From NCBI GenBank assembly GCA_034432775.1, contig DAOUBH010000019.1, forward strand, positions 9,719-73,718: 64,000 bases of DNA, given 5' to 3'. Shown one piece after another: positions 44,890 to 53,934 of this stretch (the stretch's first letter is position 1; each line of letters starts with the position of its first letter). The notes under the pieces were generated by a model. The model made no database searches and was not told the DNA's origin. It saw only the letters and a list, made by a program, of their open reading frames with translations. Both the position numbers and the translations under genes were made by a program. The stretch is from Chloroflexota bacterium. GTDB taxonomy: Bacteria > Chloroflexota > Chloroflexia > DAOUBH01.

Positions 44890-46347
44890 ATGATCTTCGA
44901 ACCCCTTAAGATAAACTCCATGCTCCTGGAGAAGCGCATCGTCCTGACGGCTATGGTGACCCGCCTGTCAGGTGAAGACGGATTTGTCAACAAGGATGTA
45001 GAGGACCGCTACATCCGGTATGCTAGGGGAGAGGTCGGTCTCATAGTTATGGAGGCTATGGCCGTCCACAGCAGCAAAAGCGGTCCCCTCCTCCGCATTT
45101 CCGAAGACAAGTTTGTTCCAGGCCTCCGCGCCCTAGTAACGAAGATCCACGACATCAGTCCCTCTAAGGTGGCTGCCCAGATCATTCACTTCCTAAAGAT
45201 ATCCAGGAGCGGATGGCGTCAGAAGATAACTGATCTGACCAAAGAGGACATCCGCACAATAGTTCAGCAGTACGCAGCAGCTGCAGCCCGGGTACGAGAA
45301 GCGGGTTTCGATGCAGTAGAGCTTCACATGGCCCACGCCTACACCTTATCCTCGTTTCTGTCGCGACGTAACGCACGGAAGGATGAATATGGTGGACGGA
45401 CCTTGGAGAACAGAATGCGCCTGATGGCCGAGGTAATAGTCCGCTGCAGGGAGGCCGTAGGTTCAGATTTCCCAATAGGCGTCCGCTTCGACGGGGAAGA
45501 ATGCATAAAGAAGGGTTACACCCTGCAGGACAGTCGAGAGATCGCCCTACGTATGGCACAGCTGGGGGTGGACTACATCTCTGTATCGGCCGGCGGCAAG
45601 TTCGAGGATGCCATCCCCAAGCCAGGAGAGCCGCTGTACCCTTACACAGGGTACAGCGGCGAGAGATGCATGCCTGGGGACTACTATCCCGATGCTGCCA
45701 ATCTCTATCTGGCCGAAGGCATAAAGAAATACATCAATCTTCACGGCTACCATGTGCCCGTCGTGGCTTCTGGGAAAATAAGCCGTCGGGACCTGGCCGA
45801 AGAGATCCTATCTGCAGGACGGGCGGACCTCATTGGGATGGCCAGAGCGCTCCTGGCCGATCCTGACCTACCACGCAAATGGCGCGACGGTCGCGAAGAC
45901 GAAGTCATCCGATGCATATACTGCAACGTCTGTAAGAGCCTGGACGAGAATTTTCAGAAGGTGGTGTGTTTCCTGTGGCCCCGGGGCAGCCTCCACGCAC
46001 CATACACCCCGGCTGACGCCACGCCTCCCCGATGGTCGGCCAAACCCTTCCTGGAAGCGAGGGTGGTGGGCACCCAGGTGCAGCTCAGTTGGCCAGCAGC
46101 CAGCGACGATAACCTCAGGGGCTACCACATCTTCCGGTCCGAAAACAATGGCAATTTCGTTCGCCTCACGGCAACAGTCAGGACCAGCTACTTCGACACC
46201 GATGTAGTGGGTGGCCGGCGCTATAGGTACTATGTTACCGCCTACGACAGTGCAGGCAACCGTTCCGAACCATCGCCCATCGTTGAGGTTGAAGTCCCCA
46301 TGGCCGTTCCCGAGGGGACCACGCTCAAGCCATCGCAGAGCCGGTAG
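44890..46347 (+). CDS. NADH:flavin oxidoreductase (OYE/2,4-dienoyl-CoA reductase-like barrel with Fe-S motif) fused to a fibronectin type III domain
   Basis: GFDAVELHMAHAY, RKDEYGG, ADLIGMARALLADP, CIYCNVC...C; C-terminal VQLSW...GYHIFRS...YRYYVTAYDSAGNRS. Confidence 0.85.
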   Translation: MIFEPLKINSMLLEKRIVLTAMVTRLSGEDGFVNKDVEDRYIRYARGEVGLIVMEAMAVHSSKSGPLLRISEDKFVPGLRALVTKIHDISPSKVAAQIIHFLKISRSGWRQKITDLTKEDIRTIVQQYAAAAARVREAGFDAVELHMAHAYTLSSFLSRRNARKDEYGGRTLENRMRLMAEVIVRCREAVGSDFPIGVRFDGEECIKKGYTLQDSREIALRMAQLGVDYISVSAGGKFEDAIPKPGEPLYPYTGYSGERCMPGDYYPDAANLYLAEGIKKYINLHGYHVPVVASGKISRRDLAEEILSAGRADLIGMARALLADPDLPRKWRDGREDEVIRCIYCNVCKSLDENFQKVVCFLWPRGSLHAPYTPADATPPRWSAKPFLEARVVGTQVQLSWPAASDDNLRGYHIFRSENNGNFVRLTATVRTSYFDTDVVGGRRYRYYVTAYDSAGNRSEPSPIVEVEVPMAVPEGTTLKPSQSR

Positions 46348-46410
46348 TTTCGCACTGGCTCGCCGTCGTGGGCTATAATAGGCCCTGCACCTGGAAGAAG
46401 AGAGGCCCCG

Positions 46411-46758
46411 ATGAGAAGGCTCATACTCGGATGGTTGATAAATGGGTTGGCCGTGGTGGTAGCGGGGTACCTCTTTCCCGATTACATCCGCTACACAGAT
46501 TTCACTTCTGTAGCTTTGTTCGCCATAGTATTGGGGCTTCTCAATGCCTTCCTTCGACCCCTGCTGAAGATCTTCCTGCTACCACTGGCCCTCCTCACCC
46601 TCGGCCTTGCCTTTTTCTTGGTGAACGTTGGCATCTTCTGGCTAGCGGGCGCTTTGGTCCACGGCGTGGAGATGCGTGGACTGTTAGGTGCCATCCTAGG
46701 GTCCCTCACACTGACTGCTGTGAACGTAGTTTTCTCTTGGTTGCTGAGGTCATCCTGA
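46411..46758 (+). CDS. 4-TM 'phage holin family' membrane protein (YvlD/DUF360-like)
   Basis: GLLNAFLRPLL...LTLGLAFFLVN signature; four hydrophobic helices. Confidence 0.85.
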   Translation: MRRLILGWLINGLAVVVAGYLFPDYIRYTDFTSVALFAIVLGLLNAFLRPLLKIFLLPLALLTLGLAFFLVNVGIFWLAGALVHGVEMRGLLGAILGSLTLTAVNVVFSWLLRSS

Positions 46759-46772
46759 ACTTAGATGCTCCC

Positions 46773-47528
46773 TTGGAACACCTTGGCTCGACAGCCCAGG
46801 TAGCAGCAGTTGATCCAGCATGGGGCCGCCGTCGTCCCACTACGGCACTCATCGATGGAACACCACCTACCCTTGGACTTGGTCTGTCTCTGGAACATGT
46901 CCCCCAGTTTCTAATGAAACTAAGCATCGGCAGCATCGTTCTCATAGATGCTCCCCTTACCTCTGGCCATGGGCCCTTCAGGGAATGCGATCTGGCTCTC
47001 ATCCGCAGTGGGATACCCTGCCTGCCGATATGGAAGGGAGCTGACCGAGGCACCAAGCTTCCCCTGGCACTCCAGAACCTCAGACCTGACTTGCACATCT
47101 ACGAGGCCTATCCCTTTCAGATCTACAAAGTGCTGGCATGGCTCTACGCGATAGGTTATCGCTCGTTCCCTCCTATGGGTAGCTACCTTGGTCCCGAGTT
47201 CAGGAGATTCAGACCACCTTCCTATAAGACGGGCACTTCGATGGACAAAGGTGCCGCCGTGGCCCATGCATCGGAAATCCTTCGGCACTTCTGTGGGATC
47301 CATGCTGAGGCAACGCTTGAGAACTGTGTCAACCGTTTCCGAGCCGACGTTCTCGATACCCTGTTCATGATCGGCCTTGGTCGCCTGGCTCGGGACAGAG
47401 AACCCTGGGTACTCGCCCTCGGAGAGACCGAACCTAGCTGGCTTGTACTTGGCGATACATGGCTCCTGGAGCAGCTTTCCAAATCATGCCTCTGCCGGCT
47501 ATACTCAGATACGACCAAGGAGGGTTGA
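46773..47528 (+). CDS. DUF429 domain protein (predicted RNase H-like nuclease); start uncertain (TTG 46773 or CTG 46755)
   Basis: AVDPAW, IDAPL, RECD, EAYP, D-x-L-D-like motifs. The N-terminal 130 aa of the track ORF merely overlap the holin-family gene. Confidence 0.65.
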   Translation: MEHLGSTAQVAAVDPAWGRRRPTTALIDGTPPTLGLGLSLEHVPQFLMKLSIGSIVLIDAPLTSGHGPFRECDLALIRSGIPCLPIWKGADRGTKLPLALQNLRPDLHIYEAYPFQIYKVLAWLYAIGYRSFPPMGSYLGPEFRRFRPPSYKTGTSMDKGAAVAHASEILRHFCGIHAEATLENCVNRFRADVLDTLFMIGLGRLARDREPWVLALGETEPSWLVLGDTWLLEQLSKSCLCRLYSDTTKEG

Positions 47529-47531
47529 TCT

Positions 47532-48935
47532 ATGCCTTTGCAAGCTGACGTTGCCATCATCGGCGGAGGGCCGGGAGGATATGTTGCCGCCATCAGGGCC
47601 GCGCAGTTAGGCTCGAGGGTCATACTGATCGAAAAGGACGAAGTCGGGGGCGTCTGTCTCAATAGAGGATGTATCCCGACGAAAGCCTTGCTGCACATAG
47701 CTCAGATGCTCCGCACAGTGAAGTTGGCCTCCGAATTCGGCATTAACTTAGGCGAAGTATCCCTGGACTACGGACAGGTAGTGAAAAAGAAGGATCAAGC
47801 TGTACAGCGTCTTGTGAACGGGGTCAAGCTGCTCCTCAGAAGCAACGGCGTGGAGACCCTAAAGGCCACCGGCCGCTTGATTTCGCCTACGTCTGTCGAG
47901 GTGGTGAGCGATGGGCAAGTGGACCGGGTCGAAGCCAGGGCTGTCATAGTTGCTACCGGATCGCTGCCGGCTACCCTACCTGTGCCTGGTGCCAACCAAT
48001 TGGACCTATGGGACAGTGACAGGGCCCTGGAAGCCACCCGTGTCCCTTCCAGCATCCTTATCGTGGGAGCCGGTGCCGTGGGTGTCGAGTGGGCCACAGT
48101 TTTCAGCGCCTTTGGCTCACAGGTTATTCTAGTGGAGATGATGCCCCATGTGGTACCCCTGGAAGATGAGGAGATCAGCGGCCTGCTCGAGCGGAGCCTT
48201 AAGCGGAGAGGTATCGAGGTCCTCACCAACTCGAAGGTGTCGTCCTTCCAAAAGTCGGAGAATGGCATAGTGTCCACGATAGCGACCCCTGAAGGTGACA
48301 AACAGGTAGAGACGGAAGAGGTCTTGGTAGCAGTGGGGAGAAGGCCTCACACCCAGGGGCTCGGCCTTGAAACTCTGGGCGTCAACCTCCACCGCGGCTG
48401 GATCCCCGTGGACGACCGCAGACGGACCAACGTGCCTGGTCTCTATGCCATTGGCGACGTCACTGGGGAACACCTCCTGGCCCATGCAGCTAGCCATCAA
48501 GGTATCGTAGCCGTAGAAAACATCATGGGACTTCAGAGCAGGTACGACGCAAGGGTCGTGCCGTCATGTACTTTTACCCAGCCCGAAATAGCCAGCGTCG
48601 GCCTTAGGGAAAGGGAAGCTAGGTCTCAGGGACGAGACATAAAAGTCGGCAAGTTTCCCTTTTCCGCCAACGGAAAGGCCCTGACCATGGGCGAGACGGA
48701 AGGAATGGTTAAGATAATAGCCGATGCCCATACAGAAGAAGTGCTGGGCGTGCACATCTTCGGCCCTGAGGCCAGCAGCATGATCCCAGAGGGCGTGCTG
48801 GCCATGACCCTCGAGGCTACCCTGGAAGAACTCGCGCGTACCATCCACGTGCATCCAACACTACCTGAGGCTATAATGGAGGCAGCTTGGGCAGCCATGG
48901 GAATGCCCATCCACATACCTCCTAAGGGCAGGTAA
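47532..48935 (+). CDS. lpdA: Dihydrolipoyl dehydrogenase
   Basis: GGGPGGY, GGVCLNRGCIPTK, GDV, HVHPTLPE. Confidence 0.95.
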   Translation: MPLQADVAIIGGGPGGYVAAIRAAQLGSRVILIEKDEVGGVCLNRGCIPTKALLHIAQMLRTVKLASEFGINLGEVSLDYGQVVKKKDQAVQRLVNGVKLLLRSNGVETLKATGRLISPTSVEVVSDGQVDRVEARAVIVATGSLPATLPVPGANQLDLWDSDRALEATRVPSSILIVGAGAVGVEWATVFSAFGSQVILVEMMPHVVPLEDEEISGLLERSLKRRGIEVLTNSKVSSFQKSENGIVSTIATPEGDKQVETEEVLVAVGRRPHTQGLGLETLGVNLHRGWIPVDDRRRTNVPGLYAIGDVTGEHLLAHAASHQGIVAVENIMGLQSRYDARVVPSCTFTQPEIASVGLREREARSQGRDIKVGKFPFSANGKALTMGETEGMVKIIADAHTEEVLGVHIFGPEASSMIPEGVLAMTLEATLEELARTIHVHPTLPEAIMEAAWAAMGMPIHIPPKGR

Positions 48936-48939
48936 TGCT

Positions 48940-49683
48940 GTGACACCCAATGTGGTGGAAGAGCTACCGGTACATATAGAGCTCAACGGCAGACGCCTAA
49001 TAACCCTTATGGCTACCCACACCGACCTAGAAGAGCTCGCTATAGGCTGGCTCTTTGCCGAGCATCTGATCGACTCGGTGGAAGATATCGTAAGCTTCTG
49101 GACATGCGGCCGCGGTGAGATAGTCGAGGTCTTTACCCGCGACGAACGACAGTTCGCTCGCAGCCCTTGGCGCGAGATAGTGACATCGGGTTGCGCCTCG
49201 GGGGGACCCGAGGCCCAGGAGCTATGGAAACTTCTGCCCCATGTAGACTCAGACCCGCACATCTCATGGGAAGTACTGGGTGACCTGATGCGAGCCATGT
49301 TGGAGCGCGCAGAAGAGCACCGAGATATCGGTGGCCTGCATAGCGCGGCCCTAGGCAACTGCCACGGCCTGGTAGCCTACGCAGAAGACGTAGGACGGCA
49401 TAACGCTGTAGACAAGGTGATCGGCAGAGCGCTCCTGGAAAGGACTAACTTTTCGGAGCTGGTCCTATTGACTACGGGCCGCATCTCGTCTGAAATGGCC
49501 TACAAGGCCGCCCGCTGTGGCATCGGACTGGCAGCATCTTTAACCGTGCCTACTAGCCTGGCCATCGCCATCGCCGATCGCTCGGGTATCACTTTAGTGG
49601 GAAGGGCCGCAGGACCCCGTAGATACGCCTTCACCCACCCTTACAGGCTTTCCACCGCCATGGCACAGACACAATCAGCCTGA
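48940..49683 (+). CDS. fdhD: FdhD/NarQ family sulfurtransferase (molybdenum cofactor sulfuration accessory)
   Basis: ELAIGWL, SGCASG, GGLHSAAL, EDVGRHNAVDK, TGRISSEM, SLAI. Confidence 0.88.
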   Translation: MTPNVVEELPVHIELNGRRLITLMATHTDLEELAIGWLFAEHLIDSVEDIVSFWTCGRGEIVEVFTRDERQFARSPWREIVTSGCASGGPEAQELWKLLPHVDSDPHISWEVLGDLMRAMLERAEEHRDIGGLHSAALGNCHGLVAYAEDVGRHNAVDKVIGRALLERTNFSELVLLTTGRISSEMAYKAARCGIGLAASLTVPTSLAIAIADRSGITLVGRAAGPRRYAFTHPYRLSTAMAQTQSA

Positions 49684-49980
49684 AAATCAGCAGGTAACTC
49701 GGGCGCGCAAGCATGGTGAGCCACTTGGAGGGGCCCCAGCACGGAAACTCTTTACTTAGCCAGCCCAGCACGATCATGTGGTGGCAGCTTCCAACTCTCG
49801 GTAGACGCCGGACGATAGGGTACTGAGCCTCCAAAGGGATAGATTTCCACCGGACCAATACGCCCAAGGCGCACCTTGCCCATCCATCAGCGAGATGTCT
49901 CCCATGGCACACCACACGCCATTCTTAATGCGATCAACTGATGACGGACAGGCCAATCCTCGGTCTGTCGGCGGATAGCA

Positions 49981-51450
49981 CTATCTGCCAGTGGTGAAGG
50001 ACCATTCATGCCGAAAGCTTACACCGCGGCCATCTCTTCCCGAGATACGGACGACATAGGTAGTCATGGGTTCAAGGGGACGGAGTGGTATCACGTGCAC
50101 CCATTGATCCGGCTCCCCGTAAGGGGACGGCGCTATGCGCACGGCAATGGGATCGGTGCCCCTGCGGTAAATCCCAGCGTCATCGACCCAGGTCCCCCTG
50201 GCCGTAACATCCGGGTAGATCAGCCCCAGACTGACAGGGTATCCCACATAGGTGTACAAATAATGGTCGGGCAACGGGTTGGGAAACTCGTCATCGAACC
50301 ACGCCGGCGGAACCCCGATGGCCCCATCTACTGGCCACTTCACGACCTGCAAGCCCGAGAATGTGGGCTTCCCACCCCAATCGAGGGTCGCCACTTGGTA
50401 AATCCCCCACAACGTGGGACCCACGGCGTTGCCGTACCCGAAGTCGGTGAGAATTGGCGAAAGAAGCGTCGCCCTGTGGTAAGGTGCACCCATGAGCTGC
50501 CGTATCGTCACCTCAGGCAGATTTCCGCCAGTTGCGCTACCCCAGATGAAGGTCTCGCCTATGCTGCGGTCGCTGTAGTAGCCAGCAGCCAGCGCCCTGT
50601 CCCACGGGTGATATCCCGTGTAGAAGGGGTTGCTGGTATCCTCCTCCAGGTGATTGGGCAACCGGCGTCCCCTCTGTAGATCCCAAAGCACATAGTTGCT
50701 GTAGGAAGTGGCCGAGGTATTCAGCGAAGGGTCAAGACGCACCGCGGGAACGCCAGCCACTGATCTAACCTGGTTAAGGAGATCCCGAGCCCTTCGCTGA
50801 TCGTCTGTAAAGGGCTCAACCGGTGGCAGGAAGGGTTCAACAGTAGCGATGCCCTTCTCAGCGGCATCCTGTGCCCCAAGCCTGCCCAACTGGACCCGCC
50901 ACTCGGGCGGCGCCTCTGGATGATACTCGAATCTAGCCCTGGTGAAATATTGGACGGTGTAGTTGACACCGGTATCCGGGTTGGCTTCGTCGAACTCCTC
51001 GCTGATGGGGACACCGAACACAGCCTCCCCACCGTTATGCTCCCAGAAGTAGCGAAAACCGAAACAGAGGCTATGGCCCGTCTCGGCAAAGTAGCGGCAG
51101 CCTTCCGGACTGTCGGGGAAAGGCGGTATCGGGTTGAAGGCAGGGTTTCCAAGGGCACTACCAACGCGCTCCCTGCCTAGCTCTCCGATCCGTGCTTGAC
51201 CATCGGCTCCCAGCTCGAACCTGGCCCGTTCAGTATATTGAATGATCCTCCCATCGGCCATGCGGATGGGGTCAGTTATTACGTAGCCGAAGTTTCGGAT
51301 GCCGCCCTCACCGTAGATGGGCCAGAACTCTCTCAGGAAAGTCGGCGACGCCGCTTGGGCCGGCGGAGCCCCATGCCAGACCAAGGGTACCGTGGAGAAT
51401 ACCAGTACAAAGACGAAGGCCTTTATACTCTTACCCAACCGTCCCCTCAC
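49981..51450 (-). CDS. Secreted CAP (SCP-like) domain protein with Chloroflexota-type surface repeats and a C-terminal Ig-like domain
   Basis: Signal peptide ending AQA; FGYVIT...QYTERARFE and YFAETGHSL...FGVPISEEF...QYFTRARFEYHPE repeats; LNQVR...MGAPYHRATLL. Confidence 0.75.
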   Translation of the reverse strand: MRGRLGKSIKAFVFVLVFSTVPLVWHGAPPAQAASPTFLREFWPIYGEGGIRNFGYVITDPIRMADGRIIQYTERARFELGADGQARIGELGRERVGSALGNPAFNPIPPFPDSPEGCRYFAETGHSLCFGFRYFWEHNGGEAVFGVPISEEFDEANPDTGVNYTVQYFTRARFEYHPEAPPEWRVQLGRLGAQDAAEKGIATVEPFLPPVEPFTDDQRRARDLLNQVRSVAGVPAVRLDPSLNTSATSYSNYVLWDLQRGRRLPNHLEEDTSNPFYTGYHPWDRALAAGYYSDRSIGETFIWGSATGGNLPEVTIRQLMGAPYHRATLLSPILTDFGYGNAVGPTLWGIYQVATLDWGGKPTFSGLQVVKWPVDGAIGVPPAWFDDEFPNPLPDHYLYTYVGYPVSLGLIYPDVTARGTWVDDAGIYRRGTDPIAVRIAPSPYGEPDQWVHVIPLRPLEPMTTYVVRISGRDGRGVSFRHEWSFTTGR

Positions 51451-51459
51451 AGTGCTGCC

Positions 51460-51882
51460 TCACAACCTGACTGTCCGCGCTATACGAGAGAGCGGATGTC
51501 CTTTGGCACGGATCTCCAAAGTGTTAAACCACCCGAAGGGTACCCTCTGCACACTGAAAGCCCTATCCTCCAGCTGCAATGCCATGCTCTTGAGCATTCC
51601 CAAGGCGACCTCAGGTACAGCAAGATCAACGAAGAGATGTGCGAAGGGTACGATCACCACGTTGTCCACCTTCAGTTGGCCCGCTAGCTTAGCTACTTCC
51701 CTGGCAGCCATGGCGGCCACTTCCGTCGCTACAGGCTCATCTTCCCTCTCAGCAGCTGCGAAAATCACCAGTGCCTCCGTTGCCTCCACATATGGACGAT
51801 CGTACGGCTCCACCAGAGGCGACCTCCCCCTCTCCGTTATGGTCGACCTGAAGAAATCAACGTGCCATACCAGCATGCGCAT
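51460..51882 (-). CDS. Free-standing archaeal-type threonyl-tRNA synthetase editing domain
   Basis: MRMLVWHVD, VPFAHL, PFGWFN, KGHPLSRIARTV match the archaeal ThrRS N-terminal editing domain. Confidence 0.85.
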   Translation of the reverse strand: MRMLVWHVDFFRSTITERGRSPLVEPYDRPYVEATEALVIFAAAEREDEPVATEVAAMAAREVAKLAGQLKVDNVVIVPFAHLFVDLAVPEVALGMLKSMALQLEDRAFSVQRVPFGWFNTLEIRAKGHPLSRIARTVRL

Positions 51883-51885
51883 GGC

Positions 51886-53112
51886 TCAGAAAGCCAACCT
51901 GAATATCGCTTCCGACAGAAGCCGGATGCCTGGCATTATCTGCTCTATAGGGGTGAACTCATCGGGACTGTGACTCCGACCCAGGTGGCTAGGCACGAAG
52001 ATCATGGCGGTGGGAAAAGTCTGACCCATCATCTGGGCATCATGAGCAGCCCCGCTGCCCATAACCATGGCATCATATCGCAGTTCTTCCGCCAGAGCCC
52101 TCAGCAGTTCCACCAGCTTAGCATCCAAAGCTGTTGGCTCCGTCTCCGCAAGTGTCCTGTGCTCAACTGCAAGGCCCCTAGCCGACGCAACGGCATAGAC
52201 CTCCTGCACCACGGCATCTACCAGCTTCCGCTTCGTCTCTGCCGAAGTATGTCGGGCATCCACTGTAAAGGCCACTTTCTCAGGAACCACGTTTATCGAA
52301 CCCGGCCACAGCTGCAACCTACCTACGGTGACGACTGCTGGGTCTCCAAAGGAGCGCGCCAAAGCTTCTATGCGCACCACGGCGTCCGCCGCCCCAACCA
52401 GAGCATCCCTCCTCCGCGACATGGGGGTGGTACCAGCGTGATCGGCGCGACCGATGAACACGAACTCAAGATGCGACAGCCCTACAATCTTGTCTACGAT
52501 CCCGATATGATGGCCGCCTTCTTCAAGTTTCGGCCCCTGCTCAATGTGGAGCTCCAAGAAGGCGACGATATCGCGACGACGAGCTGTCTCAACCTGATCT
52601 GGACGAAACCCACAAGCGCGCATGGCTTCAGCAAGGGTAGTTCCCTCTCCATCGGAGATAGAGTGGAGTTCTTCTTGCGTAAGCAGACCTGCCATGGCCC
52701 TGGACCCGGGCATCTTCGCTGGGAACCGGCTGCCCTCTTCTTCGCAGGTGACAACTACTTCAACGTTGCATTTCGGTGTCCCCAGATCCCTTAGAGCCGA
52801 TACAGCGGCCAGACCCGCAACCACACCCAGGCTGCCGTCCAGCCGGCCACCGCCCCTGACCGTGTCCAAATGGGAACCAGTGAGGACCGTCCCCTGCTCC
52901 TGTCCTGACCATCGCCCGAAGAGGTTGCCTACAGCGTCCTCCCACACTTCAAGACCTAACTCCTCCATGCGCCGGGACACGTACCTTCTGGCCTCCATCC
53001 AAGCCTGACCAAAGGCTGGTCTGAAGACACCTCCTTCCGGTATCGCCCCGAAAGTGTAGAGGTCGTCCAAAAGACCTTCGACGTACTGTGGATCTACCTC
53101 ACCTGCAGGCAT
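51886..53112 (-). CDS. M20-family Zn-dependent hydrolase (allantoate amidohydrolase / N-carbamoyl-L-amino acid hydrolase-like)
   Basis: DAVGNL, GSHLDTV, GRLDGSLG, EEGSRF, ELHIEQG, HAGTTPM, SGAAHDA, SHSPDE. Confidence 0.9.
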   Translation of the reverse strand: MPAGEVDPQYVEGLLDDLYTFGAIPEGGVFRPAFGQAWMEARRYVSRRMEELGLEVWEDAVGNLFGRWSGQEQGTVLTGSHLDTVRGGGRLDGSLGVVAGLAAVSALRDLGTPKCNVEVVVTCEEEGSRFPAKMPGSRAMAGLLTQEELHSISDGEGTTLAEAMRACGFRPDQVETARRRDIVAFLELHIEQGPKLEEGGHHIGIVDKIVGLSHLEFVFIGRADHAGTTPMSRRRDALVGAADAVVRIEALARSFGDPAVVTVGRLQLWPGSINVVPEKVAFTVDARHTSAETKRKLVDAVVQEVYAVASARGLAVEHRTLAETEPTALDAKLVELLRALAEELRYDAMVMGSGAAHDAQMMGQTFPTAMIFVPSHLGRSHSPDEFTPIEQIMPGIRLLSEAIFRLAF

Positions 53113-53876
53113 CAGAGCAACCCCGCTAGAAGGTCGGACTCTATGCCAGGAACCGCTACCTGCCCCGGAGCCAGGGTATAGAACTCGACGCTAACAAAAG
53201 GCCCAAACTCGGTGCTTTCCATCGTGTCGAACTCCTGTGGATCTACTTGCGTCCGGTGACACAGTATGGCCTGCCTCTTTACTTGCATGACACCCGATAT
53301 ATCGATGCGCGTCGTTATCAGACTGTCAGGGGTTCCGTATTCTTCGGGTGGCAGATCGGAGACGTCTGAAAGATCGAGGGGTCTGTTGCCCTTGGCACGG
53401 AGCTCTCGCATTCGCTGCATAAAACTCCTGGGGGGACTGTTGTAAAAGAGCCGTGGTCTTGGGCCCGACCAGTTCTCCCATGCCCACTGTACCCATCTAT
53501 GGACAGCAAGATGATCCTTATGCCCGTAAACACCCCATTGGTCGAAGCTAACAATAACGTCGGGCTCCAGCGCCGAAAGCAAGCTCAGTGTTCGATGGGC
53601 AGCCTCCCTCTGGTCCAGAGAGGCCAGGGTCCCATCCACATACCCCATGAAAAGAGGAGGACGAGCACCCAAAACTTGGCATGCGCACTCCAATTCTCGT
53701 TGCCGCACTGAGCCCACGTCGGCCCCACTCGGAATCTGGCTATCTAGCACCTTCCCTGCTTCACCTTTGGTGGCTGACACCACCGTGCACCTCACGCCCT
53801 TTCGAGCGTAAAGGGCAATGGTCCCTCCACAACCAAAAGTTTCATCGTCGGGATGGGCGAATAGGAAGACAATGCG
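53112..53876 (-). CDS. PIG-L family deacetylase (MshB/Mca/BshB-like)
   Basis: AHPDDE, RQRELE, YGHKDH, CHRTQ; GTG start. Confidence 0.9.
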   Translation of the reverse strand, partial: RIVFLFAHPDDETFGCGGTIALYARKGVRCTVVSATKGEAGKVLDSQIPSGADVGSVRQRELECACQVLGARPPLFMGYVDGTLASLDQREAAHRTLSLLSALEPDVIVSFDQWGVYGHKDHLAVHRWVQWAWENWSGPRPRLFYNSPPRSFMQRMRELRAKGNRPLDLSDVSDLPPEEYGTPDSLITTRIDISGVMQVKRQAILCHRTQVDPQEFDTMESTEFGPFVSVEFYTLAPGQVAVPGIESDLLAGLL

Positions 53877-53934
53877 CACCGCTGTACCCCCCAAAGGCTT
53901 TATCTAGTTTACTCCACCCGGCGAAACCGCGAGG

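Noticed and set aside
46368-46754. N-terminal 130 aa of the 386-aa track ORF
   Set aside because: It overlaps the holin-family gene in another frame, and DUF429 motifs begin only after about 46770.
46411-46758. Holin-family gene as evidence of a prophage
   Set aside because: This 4-TM family is commonly chromosomal, and the neighbours are metabolic with no phage structural, lysis or integrase genes.
49684-49980. About 300-nt gap between fdhD and the CAP gene, with short minus-strand frames (e.g. MGKVRLGRIGPVEIYPFGG..., 43 aa)
   Set aside because: No good SD, no recognisable motif or RNA structure; I cannot support any of the frames.
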